A stretch of DNA of 62,582 nucleotides, filler included. It is 5 parts of 5 records of this genome, joined end to end, with 100 filler letters (N's around TTAATTAATTAA, not from the genome) between each part and the next. Parts side by side here need not be neighbours in the genome. Positions count along the whole stretch, not along the records: positions 22,016 to 43,355 come from SRR20825006_2563; 4 more parts are not named here. One strand, written 5' to 3'. The first letter of the stretch is position 1. Every line of letters begins with the position of its first letter. Positions 30,196 to 38,061 of this stretch are shown here, one piece after another. The translations under genes were made by a program, and so were the position numbers. The notes beneath the pieces were generated by a model that was not told the origin of the DNA, ran no database searches, and was given only the letters and a program-made list of their open reading frames with translations.

Positions 30196-32697
30196 TTAAA
30201 CATTTAAATCTTTAACCACTTGCCGTAGATTAGCTGTTATATGTTCTGGATAGACTCCAGATTTTGTCATAGCCTTTAATCCCATTACGTAGGAATCGGA
30301 CATTTTAGTTCCTTTTACTAAATACACAAATAGGTTTCTGCAAAGCGTGCCGTAGGTTTTTAAATCTGTTTTAGGGGTTAAATTTGTATCGAGCAACGTC
30401 TTATAAAGGGCTTGACTAAATCGTGTTTCGATTCCAGTTTTATCACAATTTATCCAGATTTTAAAGTCGTCTATCTTTTCATATAAACCTGTTAATAACT
30501 GGGTGTCGCATCCTTCCTCTTTATAATTTTCTAGATTATGAAGTACGGCATCTACATACTTTTTATTAATCTCAACGATTTCAATTTCAACTTTAGAGAC
30601 AGGTAATTGTGATACTTCATAATCGGTTTCTGTTGATAATTCTTCTTTAAAATGAAATTGATGTAAATTATTAATAGCAGTAATTAATTTGGATTGTTTT
30701 ATTAAACCAGCTCCATCACTTTTACAATAATTATAGAGATAGTTTATAGTATTTATATTTAGTTTTTCTTCTTTTAATGCTATAAGAAAATCGGTTAAAT
30801 ACAATTCAATTTGTTTAGAAATATTATTGAATATAGGATTGGTTTCTTCCTTGAGCTTACATCGTTTATGAAAATCAATGATACGGTTAATTAATCTTTC
30901 TAAAAAATAGCTAACATCTTCTTTTTCTATATTGAAGAAATTTGCTGTGCGTAAGCCTTGAGTGGTTAATGCTTCTGATACCCAAACAGCCTCCTTGGTT
31001 AGACTATAGAAATAATCGCCTAAATAATTAAACCAAGCTTGTATAAGATTTAAGTTTAACGGACTATTTTCATTGATATAGTGTTCTCGAGCAAAATTGT
31101 TACAAATATCTATAATACAAACATCAATATTTTTTAGTGCCCAAATCTCGTTAACACGTGAGAAATTTACTGGTTCTGCACATAATTTAGCAAGAGTTTT
31201 TACAAGGATAGGTAGATTTTTCTTTCTAATAGAATCACTTACATATCTAGAAGAGTATGCTAATTCTATTAAATATAACTGTAAATATTCTTGTTCTTCT
31301 TTAGTGTATATTAAAGTTAGTTCTTCATTAGCATCATAATAGATGCGTATTAAAAATTGATTTAATGGGTTTTTAATACCTTCCTTTTTAAAGTCTTCAA
31401 GCCACTCTTTTAGGTTATTTTCTGTCTTGAATATTTCGGAAATTAAAAATGTTCCTTTGACTTGAAAATCTGCTCCTTCAAAACGCATTGCAGGAAGTGT
31501 TGCGTGCGTTGTTTCTAGTAGTAACTTGGTGAATATGGGATTTAATAGTTCCCTCTGATTTTTATGACTAGTTTTTGGATGACATTTGTGAAGCCAAAAT
31601 GGAATGCATTCTAACGGAAGTGCTTCTGCTGTGCACTCACTTAAAATTTTAATTCCGTAACCAGTAAAAGCTTCCGAATTCAAATTGCTTCCAGCATCTA
31701 CTAGTAACCAATCTAAAAAATTTAAATAACAACTATCTAACTGTTGCTGCGGTATGTTTTTATCTCGATTGTTGAATAGTAATACATCACCAGCATCCCA
31801 AGTTTTTTTGGCTAAAACATTTATTAAGGGATAATTACCGTTCTTAGTTTGGATATTTAGCAGTTCTAAGCTTTTAGTTTCTCCCCAAATAATACGTTCT
31901 TTTAGTGCTTGATTTGCGAAAATGGCCATCTCTTGGTGGCTTTCATAAAAAGACGCTAAATCAAAACTAAACCAGGATGACATCAAATCGTAAGCGGATG
32001 GAGCATATACAAGACCCACAGGTAATAATTGATGAAACTTTGTGATAAATAGATGCCAATTGCCATCAAAAAAATGCGTGATAAAATGCTTATCAATGGC
32101 AAACGGAATTGTACTTATCGAAAGATCTGTATTTTTAATGGTATATCCTTCTGTTAATAGCTGATGTTTGAGGCAATGCTGAATTATAAAATCTGAGTTC
32201 AATACATCTCGAATATCAAAAATCCTATGAATTAAAAAACACGCCACAGGAAGAGAGGCTTCAGATTTACTCTGAATCAGCAATTTTAAAACTTTAAAAA
32301 GTTGAATTTTTTCTATTTCTGAGGTATCTTCTGACTGAAAATAACTGAGATTGAAGTGTAAAAATTCAAGAAGTTTTCTAGTACTTTTTTTATCAGGATA
32401 AAAACCATTTTCCAAGAGTGGAAGCCAAGACTCAACAAATTTTAAGCCTTGTCTTTCCTTGGCATATATTTTTGGGTGTAAGTAAATACTTTGGGATAGA
32501 TTATTAGTAAAATTAGGGGTTGTAGTATTTGTATCAAAATCCTTTTTTGCATTCTTATAGATTTCATTGTCGGTGGCATGCATTAATTTTAATATCTGAA
32601 GTAATGCTTTTATTTCAGCGCCTTTAAATGATTTTATATTTAATTTAGGAATTATGTGCTCTTTAAAAATAGTAGACATTTGCTGGGTGTTAATCAA
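30196..32697 (-). CDS. Large hypothetical protein (833 aa, helical)
   Basis: Long ORF inside the operon; no recognisable motif; start TTG 32697 or ATG 32679. Confidence 0.75.
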   Translation of the reverse strand: MINTQQMSTIFKEHIIPKLNIKSFKGAEIKALLQILKLMHATDNEIYKNAKKDFDTNTTTPNFTNNLSQSIYLHPKIYAKERQGLKFVESWLPLLENGFYPDKKSTRKLLEFLHFNLSYFQSEDTSEIEKIQLFKVLKLLIQSKSEASLPVACFLIHRIFDIRDVLNSDFIIQHCLKHQLLTEGYTIKNTDLSISTIPFAIDKHFITHFFDGNWHLFITKFHQLLPVGLVYAPSAYDLMSSWFSFDLASFYESHQEMAIFANQALKERIIWGETKSLELLNIQTKNGNYPLINVLAKKTWDAGDVLLFNNRDKNIPQQQLDSCYLNFLDWLLVDAGSNLNSEAFTGYGIKILSECTAEALPLECIPFWLHKCHPKTSHKNQRELLNPIFTKLLLETTHATLPAMRFEGADFQVKGTFLISEIFKTENNLKEWLEDFKKEGIKNPLNQFLIRIYYDANEELTLIYTKEEQEYLQLYLIELAYSSRYVSDSIRKKNLPILVKTLAKLCAEPVNFSRVNEIWALKNIDVCIIDICNNFAREHYINENSPLNLNLIQAWFNYLGDYFYSLTKEAVWVSEALTTQGLRTANFFNIEKEDVSYFLERLINRIIDFHKRCKLKEETNPIFNNISKQIELYLTDFLIALKEEKLNINTINYLYNYCKSDGAGLIKQSKLITAINNLHQFHFKEELSTETDYEVSQLPVSKVEIEIVEINKKYVDAVLHNLENYKEEGCDTQLLTGLYEKIDDFKIWINCDKTGIETRFSQALYKTLLDTNLTPKTDLKTYGTLCRNLFVYLVKGTKMSDSYVMGLKAMTKSGVYPEHITANLRQVVKDLNV

Positions 32698-32721
32698 AAA
32701 TTATTTTCTTTTTTAATACAT

Positions 32722-33774
32722 CTACTGGGCTGTATAAAACCATTCATGATCCTCAATTTCACCTTCATTATTTAGTAAACTTTTTAGAAATGTATGTAAG
32801 TTGTCTGCATGGATATATCCAATTTCTTGATCGGCACCATAACGAATAATTTGCCCAGCAGTACCTTTGGTATTAGGTGCAAAATCGAAGGCTAAAAAAT
32901 TGCCATTACTTAAATCAAAAAATGGAATCCAATAAGGGGTAGTGTACATTAATAATGCTTTTCCTTGATTTGTAGTGTACGTATCTAGCAACTCTTCTTG
33001 CGTCCAATCATCATAGATAGCTTTCCATTGTTTCCATTCTTTGTAAATTGTTTCAGCACCCATTATGGCGCATCTGTCAATACCATTATGCAAGCTTAGG
33101 TACGCTTTGATAATTTGTGGAAAAGGAAATCCCGCTTCTTTTTCAAAAGCATCATAAATGGCATCGTTATTTGTCGGAGAATTTATGGTTAACCCTTTAG
33201 CCTTAATTAAGGTTTCAAAGGTTTGCTTTACTTCTTCAATATTAATTTGTGCTTTTAATTGAATATAAGGATTTAAAAAATCAGCCTTTTCTTTAGCCAA
33301 TTGTTCAGCTATAAACTCATTTGGAATAAATTGATTAATAAAATCCCCTGTATTTTCATGAAAAGTCATATGCTCTAAATTAGTAATCGGTTGTGAGCTA
33401 TAACTACTATGACTGAAGTTATAAATAGTAGAAATAAGATCTTTATCCTTTTCATCATCTATAGCCGTAAACCATTCTTTAAATAATGGCGTGTTTTCTA
33501 TTGTAAGCGGGAAAACTATTTTACCTTCTAAATAAGCAATTATGTAGAATTTATAAACAGTTTTATAATCTGGAGTAATGAAAAGAAGCTTAGAAACTTT
33601 CTTTCCAGATACTTCTTCAACGGCCTTTATAAGTGAATCTCTAAAAATAAAACAGTTGTTATAGTGTCTTGGATCTTTAAGAGCTGAAAGGGTGTTTATT
33701 TGAATAGTTTTGAAATTAAAATCATTCCACTTCAGTGCTTTAAAACCTTCTGAATATAATATGGGATTGTTCAT
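32722..33774 (-). CDS. SMI1/KNR4 (SUKH) family protein with N-terminal extension
   Basis: C-terminal FEKEAGFPFP...YLSLHNG...WIPF...GNFLAFDFAP...GTAGQII, a Knr4/SUKH signature. Confidence 0.85.
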   Translation of the reverse strand: MNNPILYSEGFKALKWNDFNFKTIQINTLSALKDPRHYNNCFIFRDSLIKAVEEVSGKKVSKLLFITPDYKTVYKFYIIAYLEGKIVFPLTIENTPLFKEWFTAIDDEKDKDLISTIYNFSHSSYSSQPITNLEHMTFHENTGDFINQFIPNEFIAEQLAKEKADFLNPYIQLKAQINIEEVKQTFETLIKAKGLTINSPTNNDAIYDAFEKEAGFPFPQIIKAYLSLHNGIDRCAIMGAETIYKEWKQWKAIYDDWTQEELLDTYTTNQGKALLMYTTPYWIPFFDLSNGNFLAFDFAPNTKGTAGQIIRYGADQEIGYIHADNLHTFLKSLLNNEGEIEDHEWFYTAQ

Positions 33775-33798
33775 TTTCTCTATTGTTGTTTAAAGCAA

Positions 33799-33878
33799 CT
33801 AAGGTACTTTGAACTAATGAGTTCTTTATCCCTGAAACTAATGATTTTGAAAATAACGAAATACTTCTAGAGAGTGAT
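33799..33878 (-). promoter_or_regulatory. Island box + -7-like element for the SMI1 operon
   Basis: ATCCC-TGAAACTA-ATGAT (33828-33845), 21 nt from TACCTTAG (revcomp of 33799-33806); second box ATACT-N8-GTGAT at 33861-33878. Confidence 0.6.
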
Positions 33879-33991
33879 GCATCAGAATTACTTTACGGTA
33901 TAATGGAAATTTAAATACACCAAGGCTTGCCTTGGATCTAAAAATACATTTTTTATAAAATGCCTAATGCGTTGGCAATTGGCATACTGAT

Positions 33992-35125
33992 TTATTTTGA
34001 AATAACTTTGATACATTGGCGTTTAGGTCCATAACTACCGTAAACTGTTTTGAATTTAGTTTTTACTTTTTGAAGTAAGCTTTCACATGAAAAATCCGGA
34101 AGTTGATCTAGGCATGTCAATATTAAATATTTATTAATTTTTAAATTTTGATAATGAATAGAGTCACAACTTAAGGCGTAATTAAGTAATTCATGATCCA
34201 ATGCCTTGGTCCTAAACTCCCCTTGAAATTCGTTGGTGATATTTGCTTCATTTTCATTATTCAAAAGTGTTACAGCTTCCGTGTTAGACATAGGTCCATT
34301 ACCATGACGGGTTTGATAACAACGCGTAATGTAATAGATGTCTATTTCCGCTGAAACACTTAAATGTTTTTTTATAAGCTGAATAGCATTTTTAGATGTG
34401 GTGTAGCTCCAAGTGGTATGTGGATAAAAACCGTGTTGGGTATCTAATAGAATACCCTGACTACCTTCAAAAATAAAATGCTCATAAGTGAATGCTAACT
34501 CTGAAAGTGAGGCTACATTATAAAACTTCTGGATGGCTATACAGCAATTTATGAAGAAGTCTTCATCGTATTCTTTTAATTCATTATGGTAATACGCTTG
34601 AACACTTTTGTTCTCGGTTTTTAGTTTATGTTGGTAGTAGGTTTTAATGCTTTGTAAACGCTGCTTCAAAACCCATTGAAATTTTAAATCATTGGCATAT
34701 AAATAAACTTCTTCCTTGTTTCGAGCGATTGTTGTTCCAAAGCCCAAGCCACAAGACCCGTGATGTTGTTGTTTTTCAATGGCTCGATTATAGGCTATGT
34801 CATAAATGGTAGTTACCATAGCCAATGGATTTAAGTATAATTTAGGCTGGTATGTTTTTAGAAAATTCCCTTCTTTTAGAATCCCAGGTGGGAAAAGAGT
34901 GGTATTTTCAGTATAATAAGTAGGTACTCCTAATAACGTACCCGAACCAAAATTACTAAAGGTATGCGTAAGTTCTTTTGTGCTAACAGTATGGCCAATT
35001 TGATGACCTCCAGAAAATCGAACGATGATACTTTTTTGAGGACACTGAGATGCCAGAAAATCTGTTGTTAAGCCTTTTCCGGCATCACCAAATCCCAAAT
35101 CTATAACAAGACTACATTTTTGCAT
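33992..35125 (-). CDS. Divergent adenylosuccinate synthetase (PurA)-like protein
   Basis: DLGFGDAGKG P-loop, GGHQIGHTV, FEGSQGILLD, YQTRHGNGP, TCLDQL, SYGP; shorter than canonical PurA and lacks the TTGR aspartate loop. Confidence 0.85.
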   Translation of the reverse strand: MQKCSLVIDLGFGDAGKGLTTDFLASQCPQKSIIVRFSGGHQIGHTVSTKELTHTFSNFGSGTLLGVPTYYTENTTLFPPGILKEGNFLKTYQPKLYLNPLAMVTTIYDIAYNRAIEKQQHHGSCGLGFGTTIARNKEEVYLYANDLKFQWVLKQRLQSIKTYYQHKLKTENKSVQAYYHNELKEYDEDFFINCCIAIQKFYNVASLSELAFTYEHFIFEGSQGILLDTQHGFYPHTTWSYTTSKNAIQLIKKHLSVSAEIDIYYITRCYQTRHGNGPMSNTEAVTLLNNENEANITNEFQGEFRTKALDHELLNYALSCDSIHYQNLKINKYLILTCLDQLPDFSCESLLQKVKTKFKTVYGSYGPKRQCIKVISK

Positions 35126-35992
35126 TTATAGCATATTCTCTACTTTAATATCTGAACTCCCAGAAGCATTAAATCTATTGGTAGCGGCACCTGGTTTATG
35201 GTTGTTAATGACCACTTCTGCAATCCGTTTTGCCACGGATTTAAAATCTGGTATTTCCATATAATTTTCGCCTAAAAGCGTTTTCCAATTTCCCTTACGT
35301 TTTTCTTGCTTAGACAATTCATTATGTTCTAAATGCATATGAAAAACATTGTATTTCTCTTGAGCCTCTTTAATAATGGCTTCTGTAGTTATGGTTTCTG
35401 CCTCATCTGCAAGGGTATATCTCTTTATAATTTCAGCAGGAATGTCAGAAGAAACAGGTTCATCACCAATGGTAAATAAAAATCCTTTTTGTTGTCTTTT
35501 TTCCCAACAATCAATCGATGTATGTCTTGCAGCAAATAAATGTGCTAGATTATAGCCTTCTTGATTGTTTCCACCTCCGCCACCTTCTAAATAAACTCGG
35601 GTTAACCAACGGTCTAATAACTCTGCTGATGACTCAAATTGTCCAACTTGTAATGGTGCATTATCATAAATAAAATCTCCAATGCCTAAAAATAACACTT
35701 GTGGATGTTCAATACCAGCTTCCATTAAAGAACCAATAAGGTCTGGCAAAGCTTCTTTTACAATATGCTCTGGCACAAACCCCATACTTCCTGTTACATC
35801 TAAAGCAACAATAATAGAAAGCGTTTCAGGATGTTCCTCAGAATCTCGAGACTCTCTAACTATTACTTTTGTAGGATCCATTTCAGGATCTATTTGTCTA
35901 GCCGTAAAAATTTCTTCTCTAGATTTATTACTGTAGCCTTTAGATTTTCTCAATCGAGAATACGCATCGTGACTAAATCTTCCTCCTCCCAT
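35126..35992 (-). CDS. vWA (MIDAS) domain protein
   Basis: ALDVTGSMG MIDAS motif, LQVGQFES, EGGGGGN..EGY, FTIGDE. Confidence 0.8.
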   Translation of the reverse strand: MGGGRFSHDAYSRLRKSKGYSNKSREEIFTARQIDPEMDPTKVIVRESRDSEEHPETLSIIVALDVTGSMGFVPEHIVKEALPDLIGSLMEAGIEHPQVLFLGIGDFIYDNAPLQVGQFESSAELLDRWLTRVYLEGGGGGNNQEGYNLAHLFAARHTSIDCWEKRQQKGFLFTIGDEPVSSDIPAEIIKRYTLADEAETITTEAIIKEAQEKYNVFHMHLEHNELSKQEKRKGNWKTLLGENYMEIPDFKSVAKRIAEVVINNHKPGAATNRFNASGSSDIKVENML

Positions 35993-35994
35993 AG

Positions 35995-36345
35995 TTATAA
36001 TTCGTTTATTGTTCCACCAAATAAATGTAAATAACGTTTTTTGGCTAATTCTAATTTTATTTCTAAGTTCCTTATTTTTACAGACATTTCGATGTCTTTT
36101 GCTACGTAATCTTTCGCATTAAAATCGGATGCTAAGACCAGACTGTTGGCATCTGTAGGGCTCATATCAAGCATATTTTCTTGTTCACGTTTTAAGCGTT
36201 TTAGCGATAATGCCAAATCTTCGGTTTCACGTTTGTACATTAATTGTGCATCTTCTGCAATTGCATGCGCACGATCGTCTCTTATTTTTTCGTTATTGCG
36301 TTTTAATGATGCTATAAACGCTGCACTCTTTACTTGATCTTCCAT
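35995..36345 (-). CDS. Small coiled-coil hypothetical protein
   Basis: 116 aa, charged helical; first gene of a tight 3-gene operon. Confidence 0.75.
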   Translation of the reverse strand: MEDQVKSAAFIASLKRNNEKIRDDRAHAIAEDAQLMYKRETEDLALSLKRLKREQENMLDMSPTDANSLVLASDFNAKDYVAKDIEMSVKIRNLEIKLELAKKRYLHLFGGTINEL

Positions 36346-36361
36346 AATAAAAGGTTTTCAA

Positions 36362-36522
36362 CAAATTTAGAGCTAATCTTTTTAGATTTTATCCCCGAAA
36401 TAGGGGATTTTTGGCTTTTTAGTATATGCGTTAATTTAAATAATTCTAAAAAGGAATAGCTTCAAGATATAAAATATCACGGAAGATAGGGATTAAAAAT
36501 ATAGATTAAGCTATTATTTTTG
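36362..36522. promoter_or_regulatory. Divergent pair of island boxes + -7 elements
   Basis: Minus: ATCCC-CGAAATAG-GGGAT (36391-36408), 21 nt, TAAATTTG (36362-36369). Plus: ATCAC-GGAAGATA-GGGAT (36476-36493), 21 nt, TATTTTTG (36515-36522). Confidence 0.75.
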
Positions 36523-36540
36523 AAATCTTAAAATAGACTT

Positions 36541-37446
36541 ATGATTGCGTTACATTTATCTCCAAAAGGTTTTCAAATAAATTCAAGAATGGTTGAGTTT
36601 CCAGTGTCTTTGGATGTGTTAAAAGACCATTTAACTAAAAATTATCGAACCTTAAAGAAGAAAAACAATACTATTTTTACTTGGGATGATCTAGGAATAT
36701 TGGCTTACTCAAAAAGTGGGGAACTTATAGAATCTATAATTATAGAATTACAACCTGAAACCTATGACTTTAGTCCAAAAAAAGCATTTTCAGGGATATT
36801 TCATTACAACAATCAAGAAATTGTAAGCTACTATAAATCGCATAAAAACCAGCATATAAAATTATTTAAAAATGATGATAGTGGTGCTTTAGTCTCGAAT
36901 GGCATTAGTGCTTGGTTTGATATGAACGAAGACACCGTTAGCGCAATAGAAATAAGTGCTTACAAACCGTATGTGCGTTGGGAAGGAATACCGGAAGATA
37001 AATACAAAATTAAGCGACTTGATGAAGAAGTTATTACTTTCGAAGATTTTGGATTTAAATTATCGGTTATTGAAGAGCTAATGTATACTAAAGAATTGTT
37101 GAAGCCTCAATTTGATATTCACGAATTTGCAAAATGGTATAGAGGTCGCGAGATAGATATTGATGAGGAAGGTTACGGGCCTATTGCTGAAGTAGAACAA
37201 TATTTTAAAGATTTACCAATCCCAAAGCGTTTGGCTGAAGAAGTTACAGAAATCTATCAAGATGGCGGAAACGAAATTTATATGAATTTAGCTCCTTTTT
37301 CTGGTGGAGCAGTGGAGTATTGGGATATTGAACACAGTACCGATGCAAAACAGTTCCCTAATTTAAAAAAAGCAACCTTATGCTATGCTAAAGATACTAT
37401 TTATGATGAGTTTATTGAAATGGGTATTGATACAGAATGGTTGTAA
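36541..37446 (+). CDS. DUF6892-like domain protein (putative immunity-type)
   Basis: C-terminal FEDFGFKLSVIEELMY...LKPQFD...YQDGGNEIY...FPNLK; N-terminal TWDDLGI motif. Confidence 0.6.
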   Translation: MIALHLSPKGFQINSRMVEFPVSLDVLKDHLTKNYRTLKKKNNTIFTWDDLGILAYSKSGELIESIIIELQPETYDFSPKKAFSGIFHYNNQEIVSYYKSHKNQHIKLFKNDDSGALVSNGISAWFDMNEDTVSAIEISAYKPYVRWEGIPEDKYKIKRLDEEVITFEDFGFKLSVIEELMYTKELLKPQFDIHEFAKWYRGREIDIDEEGYGPIAEVEQYFKDLPIPKRLAEEVTEIYQDGGNEIYMNLAPFSGGAVEYWDIEHSTDAKQFPNLKKATLCYAKDTIYDEFIEMGIDTEWL

Positions 37447-37526
37447 ATAGTGGATGCTTAAATTAAATGAAACAAATTCAGAATAGATTGTAAAGACAAC
37501 CTTCTTTCATAATTAATTAAAAGAAA

Positions 37527-37940
37527 TTACCAATACGTACCCACTAAAAATGTCATTCTAATAAAGGTAACAATACTTTTCGAAGTTAGTTTTAGCGGCG
37601 TTTTTAAATCGGTAATTTCCTTATTGTCTATAAAGACTACAAAGAGTCCGTCTTTAAAGGCTAATAAAACATTGTCGATTGCTTTTTGCAGATTTGCTAA
37701 ATCGGTGTTGGTTATTTCTCCAAAATCTACTTTACCCTTTTGCGCTTGTTCTTGTATTTCGGCTGGACTTAAAAAACCAATAACATTGACTTCTTGTAGT
37801 TTTGCATTAAAAGCCTCAACTTGATGTTTTACACAACCAACTAATAAGGCTTCTAAGTTTTTAGGTGATTCTTCTAAGGTAAAAGGAACTTCTTTTACTT
37901 TTTTCTTCCCGAGTTTTTTTAGTTGTAATGTAAGTTCCAT
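37527..37940 (-). CDS. Small hypothetical partner of DUF4132 protein
   Basis: 137 aa, GKVDFG...AFKDGLF...FIRMTFLVG; directly downstream of the DUF4132 gene. Confidence 0.7.
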   Translation of the reverse strand: MELTLQLKKLGKKKVKEVPFTLEESPKNLEALLVGCVKHQVEAFNAKLQEVNVIGFLSPAEIQEQAQKGKVDFGEITNTDLANLQKAIDNVLLAFKDGLFVVFIDNKEITDLKTPLKLTSKSIVTFIRMTFLVGTYW

Positions 37941-37957
37941 AGTATACGGATTTTTTT

Positions 37958-38047
37958 TGCGTTAGGGATTGTCGTGAAAAGCCCATAGTGCGATAGCACG
38001 AGGACTTGCAACAGAAAGCCCGACCCCGCCTAAGCGAGGTAACGCCC
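37958..38047 (+). ncRNA. Flavo-1-like structured RNA / intergenic repeat
   Basis: GC-rich segment GCGTTAGGGATTG...GAAAGCCCGACC...AACGCCC with closing GCGTT/AACGC stem; resembles the Flavo-1 motif as recalled. Confidence 0.6.
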
Positions 38048-38061
38048 TTATGATTTTTAGA

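Noticed and set aside
33992-35125. PurA-like gene as PurZ (2-aminoadenine Z-genome pathway)
   Set aside because: It retains Asp in GDAGKG where PurZ has Ser, and there are no dATPase, MazZ, polymerase or phage genes nearby.
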